Shown here: in pieces, positions 1-9,117 of the stretch
How the letters are laid out: each line of letters starts with the position of its first letter
Numbering within the stretch: the first letter of the stretch is position 1
Virus record (IMG/VR): IMGVR_UViG_3300043418_000120
Span: 32,001 to 96,000 of that record
DNA from: a virus
Direction: 5' to 3' (one strand)
DNA: 64,000 nucleotides
Notes under the pieces: generated by a model
Told to the model about the DNA's origin: nothing
The model's database searches: none
What the model saw: only the letters and a program-made list of their open reading frames with translations
Program-made: the position numbers and the translations under genes

Positions 1-179
1 AGCTACAAGAACAGGACGAGGGTGGCGAATACTCAAACTCTATGATGGATTATCTACGCAACAACAACGATTCTGACTACAACCTACCAAAGAAGAAGCC
101 TGTGAAGAAGCGTGCTCTTTCATCACTAGAAGTGTTCTTTGAAGAAAATGGAGATGTGACTGATGAAGACAATGTATAA
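1..179 (+). CDS. gp55: C-terminal fragment of late-transcription sigma factor gp55 (5' truncated)
   Basis: Frame 3 reads LQEQDEGGEY...SSLEVFFEENGDVTDEDNV*. The acidic tail has an SLxxFF clamp-binding-like motif, and the position upstream of gp47-gp46 matches T4 synteny. Confidence 0.65.
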   Translation, partial: LQEQDEGGEYSNSMMDYLRNNNDSDYNLPKKKPVKKRALSSLEVFFEENGDVTDEDNV

Positions 180-342
180 AGTAACTTACCGTTCAAGTGG
201 CTCTCCCGATGTGGAGTTTCGCTGGTTCACTACCACTGAAGAAGCAGCTGACTTCGCAGGTAAATTGGGGGATCGTTTCATTGAGATGAAAGAGTACAGC
301 CAACCAGAGAATTATCCACCAGCAGAATTGGATTTTAGTTAA
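163..342 (+). CDS. small hypothetical protein (59 aa)
   Basis: MKTMYKVTYRSSGSPDVEFRWF...; GGAG upstream; the stop overlaps the gp47 start (TAATG). Confidence 0.6.
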   Translation: MKTMYKVTYRSSGSPDVEFRWFTTTEEAADFAGKLGDRFIEMKEYSQPENYPPAELDFS

Positions 343-1409
343 TGAGAGTAGCAATTATTACAGACCAGCACTTCGGTGCTCGCAATGACAGCGTTGCGTT
401 TTTGAATTTCTATGAAAAGTTCTATGACAATGTGTTCTTCCCAACACTTGAACAGACGGGCATTGACACTGTTCTTATTCTTGGTGACACATTTGATCGA
501 CGTAAGTATGTGAACTTCTATGCTCTTCAGCGAGCAAAGGAAATGTTCTTTGATAAACTAGCAGCTGCGAATATCCGCGTGTATATGTTGGCTGGTAATC
601 ATGACACCTACTACAAGAACACCAATGAGGTGAACTCGCCAGACTTATTGCTTCGTGAGTATTCTAACATCTCCGTGATCGATCGTCCGCAAACAATTCA
701 TCTAGACTACGGCAACACCAATGCTGATGTGTTGATGCTACCTTGGATTTGTGCTGATAACTATGCTGAGTCGATGGCTGAATTGACAAACACAACAGCT
801 ACTCTGTGTATGGGTCACTTAGAGTTGGCTGGCTTCGCAATGTACCGTGGGATGGATTCGCATGAAGGAATGGATAAAAACATTTTCGATAAGTTTGATC
901 GGGTGTTCTCTGGTCATTATCATCATAAGTCTGATGATGGACATATCTTCTATCTCGGAAACCCTTACGAGCTTACGTGGCAGGACTATAACGATCCCCG
1001 AGGATTCCACTTGTTCGATCCAAACACAAGAGAGCTCGAGTTCGTACGAAATCCTTATACAATGTTCACGCGAATCGAATACGACGATAAAGAACAAGAG
1101 CCAATCAACCTTGACTCACTGGATCTGAAAGAACAGTATGTGAAATTGGTTGTGGTCAATAAGACTGACTACTATAAATTTGACCAATTTACTCAGAAGC
1201 TGTATAATAAGGGCTGTCATGAAGTCAAGATCGTTGAGAACTTCTCTGAGTATGAAGAAGGCGCGATTGATGGTGACATCAACTTAGAAGATACCATGTC
1301 GGTGTTGGATAACTACATTGATTCGATTCAGACAGAGTCTGATAAAGAACGAATCAAACAGTATATGAAAACTTTGTATACTGAAGCTGTGAATGTGGAG
1401 GTCGTTTGA
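342..1409 (+). CDS. gp47: recombination endonuclease subunit (Mre11/SbcD-like)
   Basis: Metallophosphoesterase motifs DQHFG, GDTFD, GNHD, SGHYH; directly upstream of gp46. Confidence 0.95.
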   Translation: MRVAIITDQHFGARNDSVAFLNFYEKFYDNVFFPTLEQTGIDTVLILGDTFDRRKYVNFYALQRAKEMFFDKLAAANIRVYMLAGNHDTYYKNTNEVNSPDLLLREYSNISVIDRPQTIHLDYGNTNADVLMLPWICADNYAESMAELTNTTATLCMGHLELAGFAMYRGMDSHEGMDKNIFDKFDRVFSGHYHHKSDDGHIFYLGNPYELTWQDYNDPRGFHLFDPNTRELEFVRNPYTMFTRIEYDDKEQEPINLDSLDLKEQYVKLVVVNKTDYYKFDQFTQKLYNKGCHEVKIVENFSEYEEGAIDGDINLEDTMSVLDNYIDSIQTESDKERIKQYMKTLYTEAVNVEVV

Positions 1410-3118
1410 TTATTTTTGAATCAGTTGAGTGGGCAAACTTTTTGTCTACTGGCAACAAAGCAAACAAAGTAATTCTGAACCGCTCATCATCAACATTGAT
1501 TGTTGGTAAGAACGGCGAAGGTAAGAGCACGATCCTTGACGCCTTGTGCTTTGGTTTGTTTGGTAAACCTTTCCGCGATATTAACAAGCCACAGTTGATC
1601 AACAGTATCAATGGCAAGAACTGTTCCGTTACTGTTGAGTTCAGTGTGGCTGGTAAGTCATACAAAATCATCAGAGGTATGAAGCCAACAGTGTTTCAGA
1701 TTATCTGTAACGGCGAGGTTATCAACCAAGACGCAGCAGCTAAAGATTACCAAAAGGTTCTTGAGCAACAAATTTTAAAGCTGAACTACAAGACATTCAC
1801 GCAAGTGGTTATCTTGGGTTCAGCCTCTTTTGTTCCATTCATGCAGTTGCCTGGAGGTCAGCGTCGTGATGTTATTGAAGACATTCTTGACATCCGTGTG
1901 TTTAGTACCATGAACACATTATTGAAGCAACGCATGCAGGAGACTAAAGATGAGATTGCGTCAACTGAAGCAGCACTCGCGCTGGCGCGTGAGAGGGTTG
2001 TTGCTCAACAGAAAACCATTACTCTCTTGCAAGAAAGTCGAGCGAGTAATGTTTCAGCTGTATCGAAAAAGATTGAAGATAATGTGGTCGCTATCGAAAC
2101 CAGCTCTCAACACATTGATGTTCTCAATGAAGACATTGAGAAACTTAAACAGAGCATCGAAGACAGGAAGACTGTACTTGACGACATCGAGAAAGCCAAG
2201 AGAATTGCTCAGAGCAAGACGAGTAAGATATCTGACCTCTCCTCAACCGTGGAGTTTTTCAAAGGCAACGATGCGTGCCCACAGTGTGAGCAGGGTATCC
2301 CGCATGATCACAAGTCCAGAATTATTGACCAAATCACAGTAGAGATGGGTAAGAATGAGCAGATGGTTGAGGAGTTGTCCGCAGCAATGATCAAACTCAA
2401 TGCTCGTCTTGAACACATCAACGCTGTTCAGGAACAGATTACTGACAAGAACATTGAAGTGTCAACAGCCAACCAAACCGTTACTGTTCTGAACAAACTC
2501 AATAAGCAGCTGGCAGCTGAACTTGAAGAGATGAAGAAAGACACTGGTAATGTGGACGATGAGAAGGCTAAGTTGAAAGAGATGGCAGCTGCTGCTATCG
2601 CACACTTGGATCGTAAGACACAGTTGATTGACAAGCGTCAGTATGAAGAAGTTGCTGGATTGTTGCTGAAAGACTCAGGAATTAAAACAACAATTATCCG
2701 TGAGTATCTGCCTGTGATGAACAAGCTGATCAACAAATATCTGACAGCCATGGACTTCTATGTTCACTTTGAGCTTGACGAAACCTTTACCGAAAGTATC
2801 AAGGCTCGTCACCGCGATGAGTTTACTTACGCAAGTTTCTCTGAGGGTGAGAAGATGCGTATTGACTTGGCTATCCTGTTCACATGGCGTCAAGTAGCTA
2901 AGATGAAGAACAGCGTCAACACCAACCTGTTGATTCTTGATGAGATCTTTGACTCAAGCCTTGACGTAGCAGGAACAGATTATTTCTTGTCTCTGATGAA
3001 CGCTATGGGCGAACATACTAATGTGTTTGTTATCAGCCACAAGGGCGATCAGCTGTTTGACAAGTTCCACTCAGTAATTAAGTTCGAAAAGCATAACGAA
3101 TTTTCTGTGATTGCTTGA
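1406..3118 (+). CDS. gp46: recombination endonuclease ATPase subunit (Rad50/SbcC-like)
   Basis: Walker A GKNGEGKS, coiled coil with CPQC zinc hook, FSEGE signature, LILDE Walker B. Confidence 0.95.
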   Translation: MIIFESVEWANFLSTGNKANKVILNRSSSTLIVGKNGEGKSTILDALCFGLFGKPFRDINKPQLINSINGKNCSVTVEFSVAGKSYKIIRGMKPTVFQIICNGEVINQDAAAKDYQKVLEQQILKLNYKTFTQVVILGSASFVPFMQLPGGQRRDVIEDILDIRVFSTMNTLLKQRMQETKDEIASTEAALALARERVVAQQKTITLLQESRASNVSAVSKKIEDNVVAIETSSQHIDVLNEDIEKLKQSIEDRKTVLDDIEKAKRIAQSKTSKISDLSSTVEFFKGNDACPQCEQGIPHDHKSRIIDQITVEMGKNEQMVEELSAAMIKLNARLEHINAVQEQITDKNIEVSTANQTVTVLNKLNKQLAAELEEMKKDTGNVDDEKAKLKEMAAAAIAHLDRKTQLIDKRQYEEVAGLLLKDSGIKTTIIREYLPVMNKLINKYLTAMDFYVHFELDETFTESIKARHRDEFTYASFSEGEKMRIDLAILFTWRQVAKMKNSVNTNLLILDEIFDSSLDVAGTDYFLSLMNAMGEHTNVFVISHKGDQLFDKFHSVIKFEKHNEFSVIA

Positions 3119-3143
3119 CTTTAATTCGGTTCTAGGGTATAAT
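3115..3143 (+). promoter_or_regulatory. sigma70-like early promoter
   Basis: TTGACT-17 bp-TATAAT; the spacer resembles the cassette-repeat spacers. Confidence 0.85.
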
Positions 3144-3166
3144 CAATGCTTAAACAGGAGAAGAAG

Positions 3167-3313
3167 ATGCCCTTTAAAACCGACTCTGAATTAGCCGAAT
3201 TTTTAGATTTTTTGGCCGACCTTTCGTTAAGCGGCGAGACTTTTGAAATCTGTCTCGGTGCGCTTAAACTTCAAACGGCTCTTAAAGAAGCCTACGGCGA
3301 AAACCTAATTTAA
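3167..3313 (+). CDS. small hypothetical protein, paralogue of 15438..15584
   Basis: MPFKTDSELAEFLDFLADLSLSGETFEICLGALKLQTALKEAYGENLI; AGGAG upstream. Confidence 0.7.
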   Translation: MPFKTDSELAEFLDFLADLSLSGETFEICLGALKLQTALKEAYGENLI

Positions 3314-3319
3314 GTCAAT

Positions 3320-3391
3320 ACCCCTACGGACAGTAGGGGTTTTGGTTTACTTTAAATAGATGTTCAGGTATAATCAAGCTATGGAAAGGGG
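3320..3391 (+). repeat. palindrome-promoter cassette repeat
   Basis: CCCCTAC-GGACA-GTAGGGG, then TTTACT-17-TATAAT and an SD. Confidence 0.85.
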
Positions 3392-3398
3392 AAATGAT

Positions 3399-3845
3399 AT
3401 GAGAAAAGGCGAAATGTTAGACAAGGCTCTGTTACTTGCTACCAACTCTCACCATGGGCAGTTCGACAAGGGTGGCGCTCCCTACATTCTCCACCCAATC
3501 AAGGTTATGCACTACATCAAGTCTGACGATGAAGAACTGATGTGTATGGCTCTCCTACATGATGTTGTAGAGGACTGTGACGTTACCTTTGTGGACTTGG
3601 AAGCCATCGGCATGAGCAAGCGTGTTATTGATGCTGTTCGCTGCTTGACTAAGCAACGTGGCCAAACCCTTGCTGAGTACAAGGAGGTCATCTTCTCGAG
3701 CCGTGACGCGATGCGTGTCAAGATGGCTGACTTACGACACAACAGCGATATCCGTCGTCTGAAGGGCGTGACTGAGAAGGATCTGGTTCGTATGGAAAAG
3801 TACCATAGGTTCTATCTTGAGATCCAAGCAAAACTGGCTGAGTGA
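3399..3845 (+). CDS. HD-domain hydrolase, SpoT/Mesh1-like
   Basis: HHGQFDKGGAPYILHP, ALLHDVVED and KMADLRHN motifs typical of the RelA/SpoT hydrolase domain. Confidence 0.85.
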   Translation: MRKGEMLDKALLLATNSHHGQFDKGGAPYILHPIKVMHYIKSDDEELMCMALLHDVVEDCDVTFVDLEAIGMSKRVIDAVRCLTKQRGQTLAEYKEVIFSSRDAMRVKMADLRHNSDIRRLKGVTEKDLVRMEKYHRFYLEIQAKLAE

Positions 3846-3851
3846 AAGTGC

Positions 3852-3880
3852 TTGACATTTATTCAGCTTTGATGTATAAT
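3852..3880 (+). promoter_or_regulatory. sigma70-like promoter
   Basis: TTGACA-17-TATAAT. Confidence 0.85.
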
Positions 3881-3907
3881 TGATCCATCTTAACAAGGAG
3901 TTTATAG

Positions 3908-4621
3908 ATGAAACGTGCAATTGTGCCAGTTCTACTGGCGATGATGCTTGCTATGTCAGGCGTCGCAGATGCCAAAGGTGGTGGTAGTTCTGGTGGCGGT
4001 GGTCACGGAGGTGGTGGTGGTGGTCATGCCAGTTCAGCTGGTGGTCGCTCGTCTTCAAGTTTCTCTTCGGCTGGTTCTTCAGCAGGTAAGGGTGGTTATA
4101 ACTCAGGTTCGTATGCTGCTGCGCGACCTGCTGCTCCAGCTCCAGCAGCCCCTACTGCTCGTACCACAACTACAACTACATCGACAACAACTCACACCCG
4201 AACAGCTGGTGGTGGTATGGTTGGTGGTGGAATGTATTACGGTGGGATGGGTATGGGTTACGGATACTCGAACGGTTTACTGACTGGTTTGATTATCGGT
4301 AACATGATGCACCCACATAACACTGTTGTTTACACTGGCGGTGGTCAGTACAGTAACAACGCACTGTTGTATCCTGATGGTCGTGTTGTTAATCAACAAG
4401 GTTATCAAGTAGGTACATATCAGAATGGGCAGTTTACTGCTATGAATGGTGGAATGGTTGCTCAACAAGCACCAGCTGATGCTTTGAACAGCGCACCACA
4501 ACAAGTCGCACAGCCTGTGATCATTAAGTCTGGTCCATCCGCTGGCGATATTATCGGCATGATTTTGCTTGGCTTTATCTGTGTCATCTTGTTCATTATC
4601 TTGATTGGAATTATTGTATGA
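3908..4621 (+). CDS. Gly/Ser/Thr-rich exported membrane-anchored protein
   Basis: N-terminal signal-like hydrophobic stretch, low-complexity middle, C-terminal TM helix. Confidence 0.75.
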   Translation: MKRAIVPVLLAMMLAMSGVADAKGGGSSGGGGHGGGGGGHASSAGGRSSSSFSSAGSSAGKGGYNSGSYAAARPAAPAPAAPTARTTTTTTSTTTHTRTAGGGMVGGGMYYGGMGMGYGYSNGLLTGLIIGNMMHPHNTVVYTGGGQYSNNALLYPDGRVVNQQGYQVGTYQNGQFTAMNGGMVAQQAPADALNSAPQQVAQPVIIKSGPSAGDIIGMILLGFICVILFIILIGIIV

Positions 4622-4968
4622 GTTCACTTGCTATCGTTGCTGTTTTTCTTTTCCTACTAATTATTGTAGTTCTTATCATTCGGGAGACTTCTATGTGGAA
4701 TTATTACGACGTTGGTCCTGACGAAGAAGTCACGACAACCACAACTACAACCACGACAACAACTGTTGATGAAGGTTCTGGTTACGCGCAACCTGCCCGT
4801 CCGCTGGGTCTGAATGTCAATGGCATTCCTATCGTTGGCATGCTTCAACGTCAGTACGAAGGCACCACGCCTTATGTTATTGATCCAGTCGACAAGGATA
4901 AGGTTTTCCTGAACACCCGCGATGATATCTACGAAGATGGCGCTGGTAAAGTCTGGGGATTAGTCTAA
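4618..4968 (+). CDS. membrane-anchored hypothetical protein with poly-Thr
   Basis: N-terminal TM helix; ATGA overlap with the upstream gene. Confidence 0.7.
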   Translation: MSSLAIVAVFLFLLIIVVLIIRETSMWNYYDVGPDEEVTTTTTTTTTTTVDEGSGYAQPARPLGLNVNGIPIVGMLQRQYEGTTPYVIDPVDKDKVFLNTRDDIYEDGAGKVWGLV

Positions 4969-5288
4969 TGAAGTATCCTCCCATAGGTTGGGAGGATGTG
5001 AATATTACCACCAATGATTATGCCATTGGTGGTAAACTCATTACAGCAAGCATATCCGTCGACGAACTAAGATACGAAGAGATAATCAGTAAGCCAAATG
5101 GTAGAGAAGAAATACGTAAGGCTCTTGTTGAACAGCTTGCGCAAGAAATGTTAAATAGGTCATTGGTTGAGATTAACCAAAGAGATGATCCGCTGACACT
5201 TACGAAAGTAATCGTCGCCCGTGCTTATGTTGCCCCCGACTCAACCGTTAAAATCCTACGCACAATTGCGAACAATAAAATATTATGA
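4968..5288 (+). CDS. hypothetical protein
   Basis: Translationally coupled ORF in the operon. Confidence 0.7.
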   Translation: MKYPPIGWEDVNITTNDYAIGGKLITASISVDELRYEEIISKPNGREEIRKALVEQLAQEMLNRSLVEINQRDDPLTLTKVIVARAYVAPDSTVKILRTIANNKIL

Positions 5289-5452
5289 CAGATGAAGAAG
5301 TAGTTACCTACTACAACGACATGGTTGACTACTTCGGCAGTCTCCCAAACTTTGAGCATGAGCCAATTCGTTTCGCTTACTATGTGCGCCTATTTAAATA
5401 CATGAGAGAACGAAATGAACGTGTCCCTGATAACAACGACAACGAGACCTGA
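5285..5452 (+). CDS. small hypothetical protein
   Basis: MTDEEVVTYYNDMVDYFGSLPNFEHEPIRFAYYVRLF...; ATGA overlap. Confidence 0.6.
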   Translation: MTDEEVVTYYNDMVDYFGSLPNFEHEPIRFAYYVRLFKYMRERNERVPDNNDNET

Positions 5453-5714
5453 GGGTGTTAAGTGGTGGAACGAAGCAGACCCAACTGCTTCAGCTGCGTA
5501 TGGTGAGTTTATTAACAGTCACCCAGCAGTAATTGAACGCGAAGTTCAGAATGTTGATGAGAATACCATCATTGCGCGCATCGTATTGCCTGATGCTGCT
5601 TCGCTTGGTGAGTTCTTACTAGATCTTCACGCAACACCATTCTACATCTCACGACAGCTGTATAACAAAGAGAATGGCATTGTTCAGCTGCCTAGCTACT
5701 CATTTACATCGTAA
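5415..5714 (+). CDS. hypothetical protein
   Basis: 99-aa ORF with phage-like codon usage; converges on the minus-strand gene. Confidence 0.65.
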   Translation: MNVSLITTTTRPEGVKWWNEADPTASAAYGEFINSHPAVIEREVQNVDENTIIARIVLPDAASLGEFLLDLHATPFYISRQLYNKENGIVQLPSYSFTS

Positions 5715-6798
5715 AGGGATTGTTGGGGTTGTAGTAATCATTGGGGTTGAAATCCGCAATAATCTCATGGGCATCATTGAATGCCTCCCCGATGATTCTG
5801 TATTTGTACACATTGGTCAGGCTACCTGTCTTGACCTTGTTTAGAAAATAGTCTTCATCTTTATTGAATGCGAAGATATCCTGCTTCGCAATGTTCTTGT
5901 AATCTTTCCAGCTAGGAATGATTCTAACATCAGGATTACTGACACTCCACAACTGGAAATCGTCAGTCTCATAAAAATGTTTCATATGTTGTCTGTCCCA
6001 TTCCTTGTTGATACCAGTGGCTTGGGATGGGATGGTCAGCATATAGATTCGGTAGTGAACATTCTGCCACTTGAATCCGAAATTATACCACCAGAAGAAA
6101 TCGCTGTTCTTCTCTAGATCTAGTCCATAGGCTTTGGCCGATGCCAGAATGCCATCAATCATCAGATACGAAACTCTGGTGTCTTGGATCTTTCGATTCA
6201 CATACTCAAACATAACTTCTCTGTTGAACTTTGCGTTCAGCATATCAGCGCCATCAGTAATAAGATAGTTGCGCATCATGTCACTACCAAACAGTTGATC
6301 GTTCAACTCGCCAGTTACGATGATTGCTTTACCATCAAAGACCCATGGCGTATACTCACTGCTGATCAATTCAAAGTTTGGTAGCACATAGTCATGATAG
6401 AAGTTTGGGTTCTCCATCATTGACTTAGAATTCATGACAATCTTAATCTTGCCCTTCAGTTGAGCAATGCTGTAGTTGCGTAGGAAAGACACTAGGATGT
6501 TTGTGCTATCAATACCACCACTCCAGTATACTTTCAAAGGCTTGCCCGTTGCTTCTGATAAGTCAAACAATTCCTTTGCTCTGTTGTCACAACAATCAGT
6601 GTACGATAGATTGGTTGTTCTGAGTGTTGGTAGCTTACATGTGTCGGCAATTGATAGACGCAACGGTTGCTGGAATGTTTCAGTTCTATCACAGACACCA
6701 ACAGCCAGTGGTAGGTAACGATAGAGCTTACGCCACTCTTCAATGTTGTCAAGTTTCTCCGTGACAATCAGAGGGTTGTAGTAGTATAACGATTTCAT
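5704..6798 (-). CDS. PP-loop ATP pyrophosphatase, asparagine-synthase-like C-terminal domain
   Basis: WSGGIDS PP-loop and TGELNDQLFG motif (cf. SGEGADELFG). Confidence 0.75.
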   Translation of the reverse strand: MKSLYYYNPLIVTEKLDNIEEWRKLYRYLPLAVGVCDRTETFQQPLRLSIADTCKLPTLRTTNLSYTDCCDNRAKELFDLSEATGKPLKVYWSGGIDSTNILVSFLRNYSIAQLKGKIKIVMNSKSMMENPNFYHDYVLPNFELISSEYTPWVFDGKAIIVTGELNDQLFGSDMMRNYLITDGADMLNAKFNREVMFEYVNRKIQDTRVSYLMIDGILASAKAYGLDLEKNSDFFWWYNFGFKWQNVHYRIYMLTIPSQATGINKEWDRQHMKHFYETDDFQLWSVSNPDVRIIPSWKDYKNIAKQDIFAFNKDEDYFLNKVKTGSLTNVYKYRIIGEAFNDAHEIIADFNPNDYYNPNNPFTM

Positions 6799-7439
6799 GA
6801 TAGATACGAGTTGGTCCAGAACTCTCGAAGCATATATTCCTTTGCTTTGTTTATCTGTTCTTGTGTATCACACTGATTGATTTTGTCTTTCCATTTGTCA
6901 GCCAATGCTTGAATGCGAAACTTGACATTGGTATCTGAATCAATCTGTAGCTTGAGTTCTTTATACGCATGCTCAACTGGCTTCATCATAACCTTTGCGT
7001 ACTCTTCAATACACTTGGTATAGTAACCTTCTTCTGGCTTACACATATCCAGTTGTTGTGTAGCAATCAAAGTGAACGGCTCCCAGCTTCTTCGGTTCGT
7101 TCTTGCTAACGCATGTTCGGTATGTGTTTCCCAAATGGCAAAGGCATTTTGTCTTGCTCTTGCTATCTCGCGGTTCTTGATCCAATCAGGTGTAACATCA
7201 GCAACGTTGCGCTCTTTGAGTTTGATTCCTGTTGGCGCCAAGTCAAGCACCCAAACCTTTGAGTGAAAGAAGTTTCGGTTCTGAAAATTCTTGAAGTGGG
7301 GAGAATTCATTTCCGTCAATCCGAACACCATTGAGTCAGCAATGCCAGCTGAGATGGCATGGGCAGTTACAGGGCGTGGTGAGAATGTGTACACGCAGAG
7401 GTTCTCTGCGCTGACAATGAGATACTTCATGTCAATCAT
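6795..7439 (-). CDS. hypothetical protein coupled to the PP-loop gene
   Basis: 214-aa ORF with ATGA overlap into 5704..6798. Confidence 0.75.
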   Translation of the reverse strand: MIDMKYLIVSAENLCVYTFSPRPVTAHAISAGIADSMVFGLTEMNSPHFKNFQNRNFFHSKVWVLDLAPTGIKLKERNVADVTPDWIKNREIARARQNAFAIWETHTEHALARTNRRSWEPFTLIATQQLDMCKPEEGYYTKCIEEYAKVMMKPVEHAYKELKLQIDSDTNVKFRIQALADKWKDKINQCDTQEQINKAKEYMLREFWTNSYLS

Positions 7440-7523
7440 GGTAAGCCTTTGGGAATTTGAAACAGGTCGAAGAGTAATGGTTATCGAACAGCATCTTGTA
7501 AGTCATCAAAATCATATGTGGAA

Positions 7524-7530
7524 TATTTAG
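7524..7530 (-). promoter_or_regulatory. candidate T4-type late promoter (CTAAATA)
   Basis: The reverse complement of TATTTAG lies upstream of the minus-strand operon, back-to-back with a sigma70 promoter. Confidence 0.45.
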
Positions 7531-7559
7531 TTGACAAATATATACATGACAGGTATAAT
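7531..7559 (+). promoter_or_regulatory. sigma70-like promoter
   Basis: TTGACA-17-TATAAT. Confidence 0.85.
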
Positions 7560-7585
7560 TGTCGTAATGAATTGAAAGGACACCA

Positions 7586-8209
7586 ATGAGAGAACCAGTC
7601 GTACAACCGATCTTTCCAACACCAATCACAATCTCCCAAATCGAACGCGACTTCACACCCGAAGAACGACAGTTCTTTGCCAGCCAGAACAGCAACCAAG
7701 CAAAGAACGTTGGTAATAGAATGGGCAAGGATAACTACGTGTTGAATCAACCAGCTCTTGCTGGCATCAAGCAAGAAATTGATGGTGTCCTGAAGCAATA
7801 TGTTGACAACATCATGAATCCAATCAGCAAGGACATTGAACTTTATGTCACACAGTCATGGTTGAACTACACAAAGGCTGGTGAATGGCACCACAAACAT
7901 ACACATTCTAACAGTGTAATCAGCGGTGTGTTCTATGTTGCTGCCGATGAGAATCTTGATAAGATTTGTTTCATTAATGACACTTACCGTACCATCAAAA
8001 TTCCAGCTGTTGAGAACAATCATTTCAACGCAGACACATGGTACTTCACAGTTAAAACAGGGTTGCTTGTCCTGTTCCCATCACACCTACAACACATGGT
8101 TGAGATGAAAGAAAGCAAGCATAAGAACACCCGAATCAGCCTTGCGTTTAACACATTCATTCGCGGCACCTTGGGTCAGAACAACGCACTAACGGAATTG
8201 AAATTATGA
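7586..8209 (+). CDS. putative 2OG-Fe(II) oxygenase (TIGR02466-like)
   Basis: SWLN...HHKHTHSNSVISGVFYV...LFPSHLQHMV...RISLAFN. Confidence 0.85.
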   Translation: MREPVVQPIFPTPITISQIERDFTPEERQFFASQNSNQAKNVGNRMGKDNYVLNQPALAGIKQEIDGVLKQYVDNIMNPISKDIELYVTQSWLNYTKAGEWHHKHTHSNSVISGVFYVAADENLDKICFINDTYRTIKIPAVENNHFNADTWYFTVKTGLLVLFPSHLQHMVEMKESKHKNTRISLAFNTFIRGTLGQNNALTELKL

Positions 8210-8685
8210 TGTTGAAAGAGATGCAAAAGTTTGCTAAGCACATGCATGGCACCTACGTGGCGTTTCAAGTTGATGCTCTAAGCGCAGCCAAACTTGATCA
8301 CTTCTGCCAGACACGATTGGGTTTAGGTCATGACAGAGTTCACGCTAGCAAGTACCACACAACAGTCATCTACTCACGTAGCCCTGTTCCTGATGCTGAA
8401 GACTTGTCCGAAAAGACAAGCGCATGGGGGAAGGCTATCGGCTATGACATTTTCCAAACAAACGGCGAGCGCTGTCTTGTTATGCTTGTTGAATGCGAAG
8501 ATGCTACTAACCTAAATGCTGCTCTCGGTCGTCGTGGTGCAACTTCAGACTTTCCAACATACAATGCGCACATCACATTGAGCTATGCATTCAACGGCGA
8601 CGAGCGCGAGCTGCCTTTGCCTGACTTCAGAATCACATACGATCGTGTTGTCGTTGAACCACTTGACCCTTTACACATAGATTAA
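8206..8685 (+). CDS. acb1: anti-CBASS 2H phosphodiesterase (T4 gp57B/Acb1 homologue)
   Basis: GTYVA, HTTVIYSR, GATSDFPTYNAHITLSY and EPL align with T4 Acb1 (GLYVA, HSTICYSR, GATHDFDDYTPHITLSY). Confidence 0.85.
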   Translation: MMLKEMQKFAKHMHGTYVAFQVDALSAAKLDHFCQTRLGLGHDRVHASKYHTTVIYSRSPVPDAEDLSEKTSAWGKAIGYDIFQTNGERCLVMLVECEDATNLNAALGRRGATSDFPTYNAHITLSYAFNGDERELPLPDFRITYDRVVVEPLDPLHID

Positions 8686-8687
8686 AT

Positions 8688-8900
8688 ATGAATGAAATTA
8701 AAGAACAACTGCAAGAGTTACATGTAGCAGTAGTGGAACTTAAGACTGAGCGTGATCAACTACGCGAGCGTGTTGCTTATCTTGAGAAGCTCAACCTAAT
8801 CCTTGCTGAGAAACATTCAACATACCCATCACCATCCCCACTGGGACCAAACACTTGGCCAACACAACAGCCATGGGTTGTAGGTCCAACAATTGACTAA
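8688..8900 (+). CDS. hypothetical coiled-coil protein
   Basis: ORF track; operon context. Confidence 0.65.
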   Translation: MNEIKEQLQELHVAVVELKTERDQLRERVAYLEKLNLILAEKHSTYPSPSPLGPNTWPTQQPWVVGPTID

Positions 8901-9117
8901 GGAAACTATGACAGATCCAGTATACATTGATCCACTTGTTCGTCTCAAACAAGAGCGCGAATTGAAGAAGGCAAAGAAGAAAGTCCGCAAGGAAGTTGCC
9001 TTGAAAGTAGGAGACAAAATGGCACGCAAGCTCGTGAAGCATGCGGCTAACAAAGTAATGAGCGACGCTTCATTTGAACAACGCATCATGAAGAAATCAG
9101 CAGCGAGAGGTGGATAA
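8893..9117 (+). CDS. small basic hypothetical protein
   Basis: Lys-rich ORF; the true start may be 8908. Confidence 0.65.
   Translation: MTKETMTDPVYIDPLVRLKQERELKKAKKKVRKEVALKVGDKMARKLVKHAANKVMSDASFEQRIMKKSAARGG

Noticed and set aside
3360-3398. ORF-track N-terminal extensions (also 9793, 10607, 18320, 29880, 34296)
   Set aside because: They run through promoter or repeat sequence; downstream ATGs with SDs are the better starts.
4730-4765. ACN trinucleotide microsatellite as a phase-variation tract
   Set aside because: The mixed Thr codons indicate a protein-level low-complexity run rather than a slippage tract.
5704-7520. Lasso-peptide RiPP cluster
   Set aside because: There is no recognisable B1/B2 peptidase, and the short upstream ORF lacks a lasso leader/core pattern.
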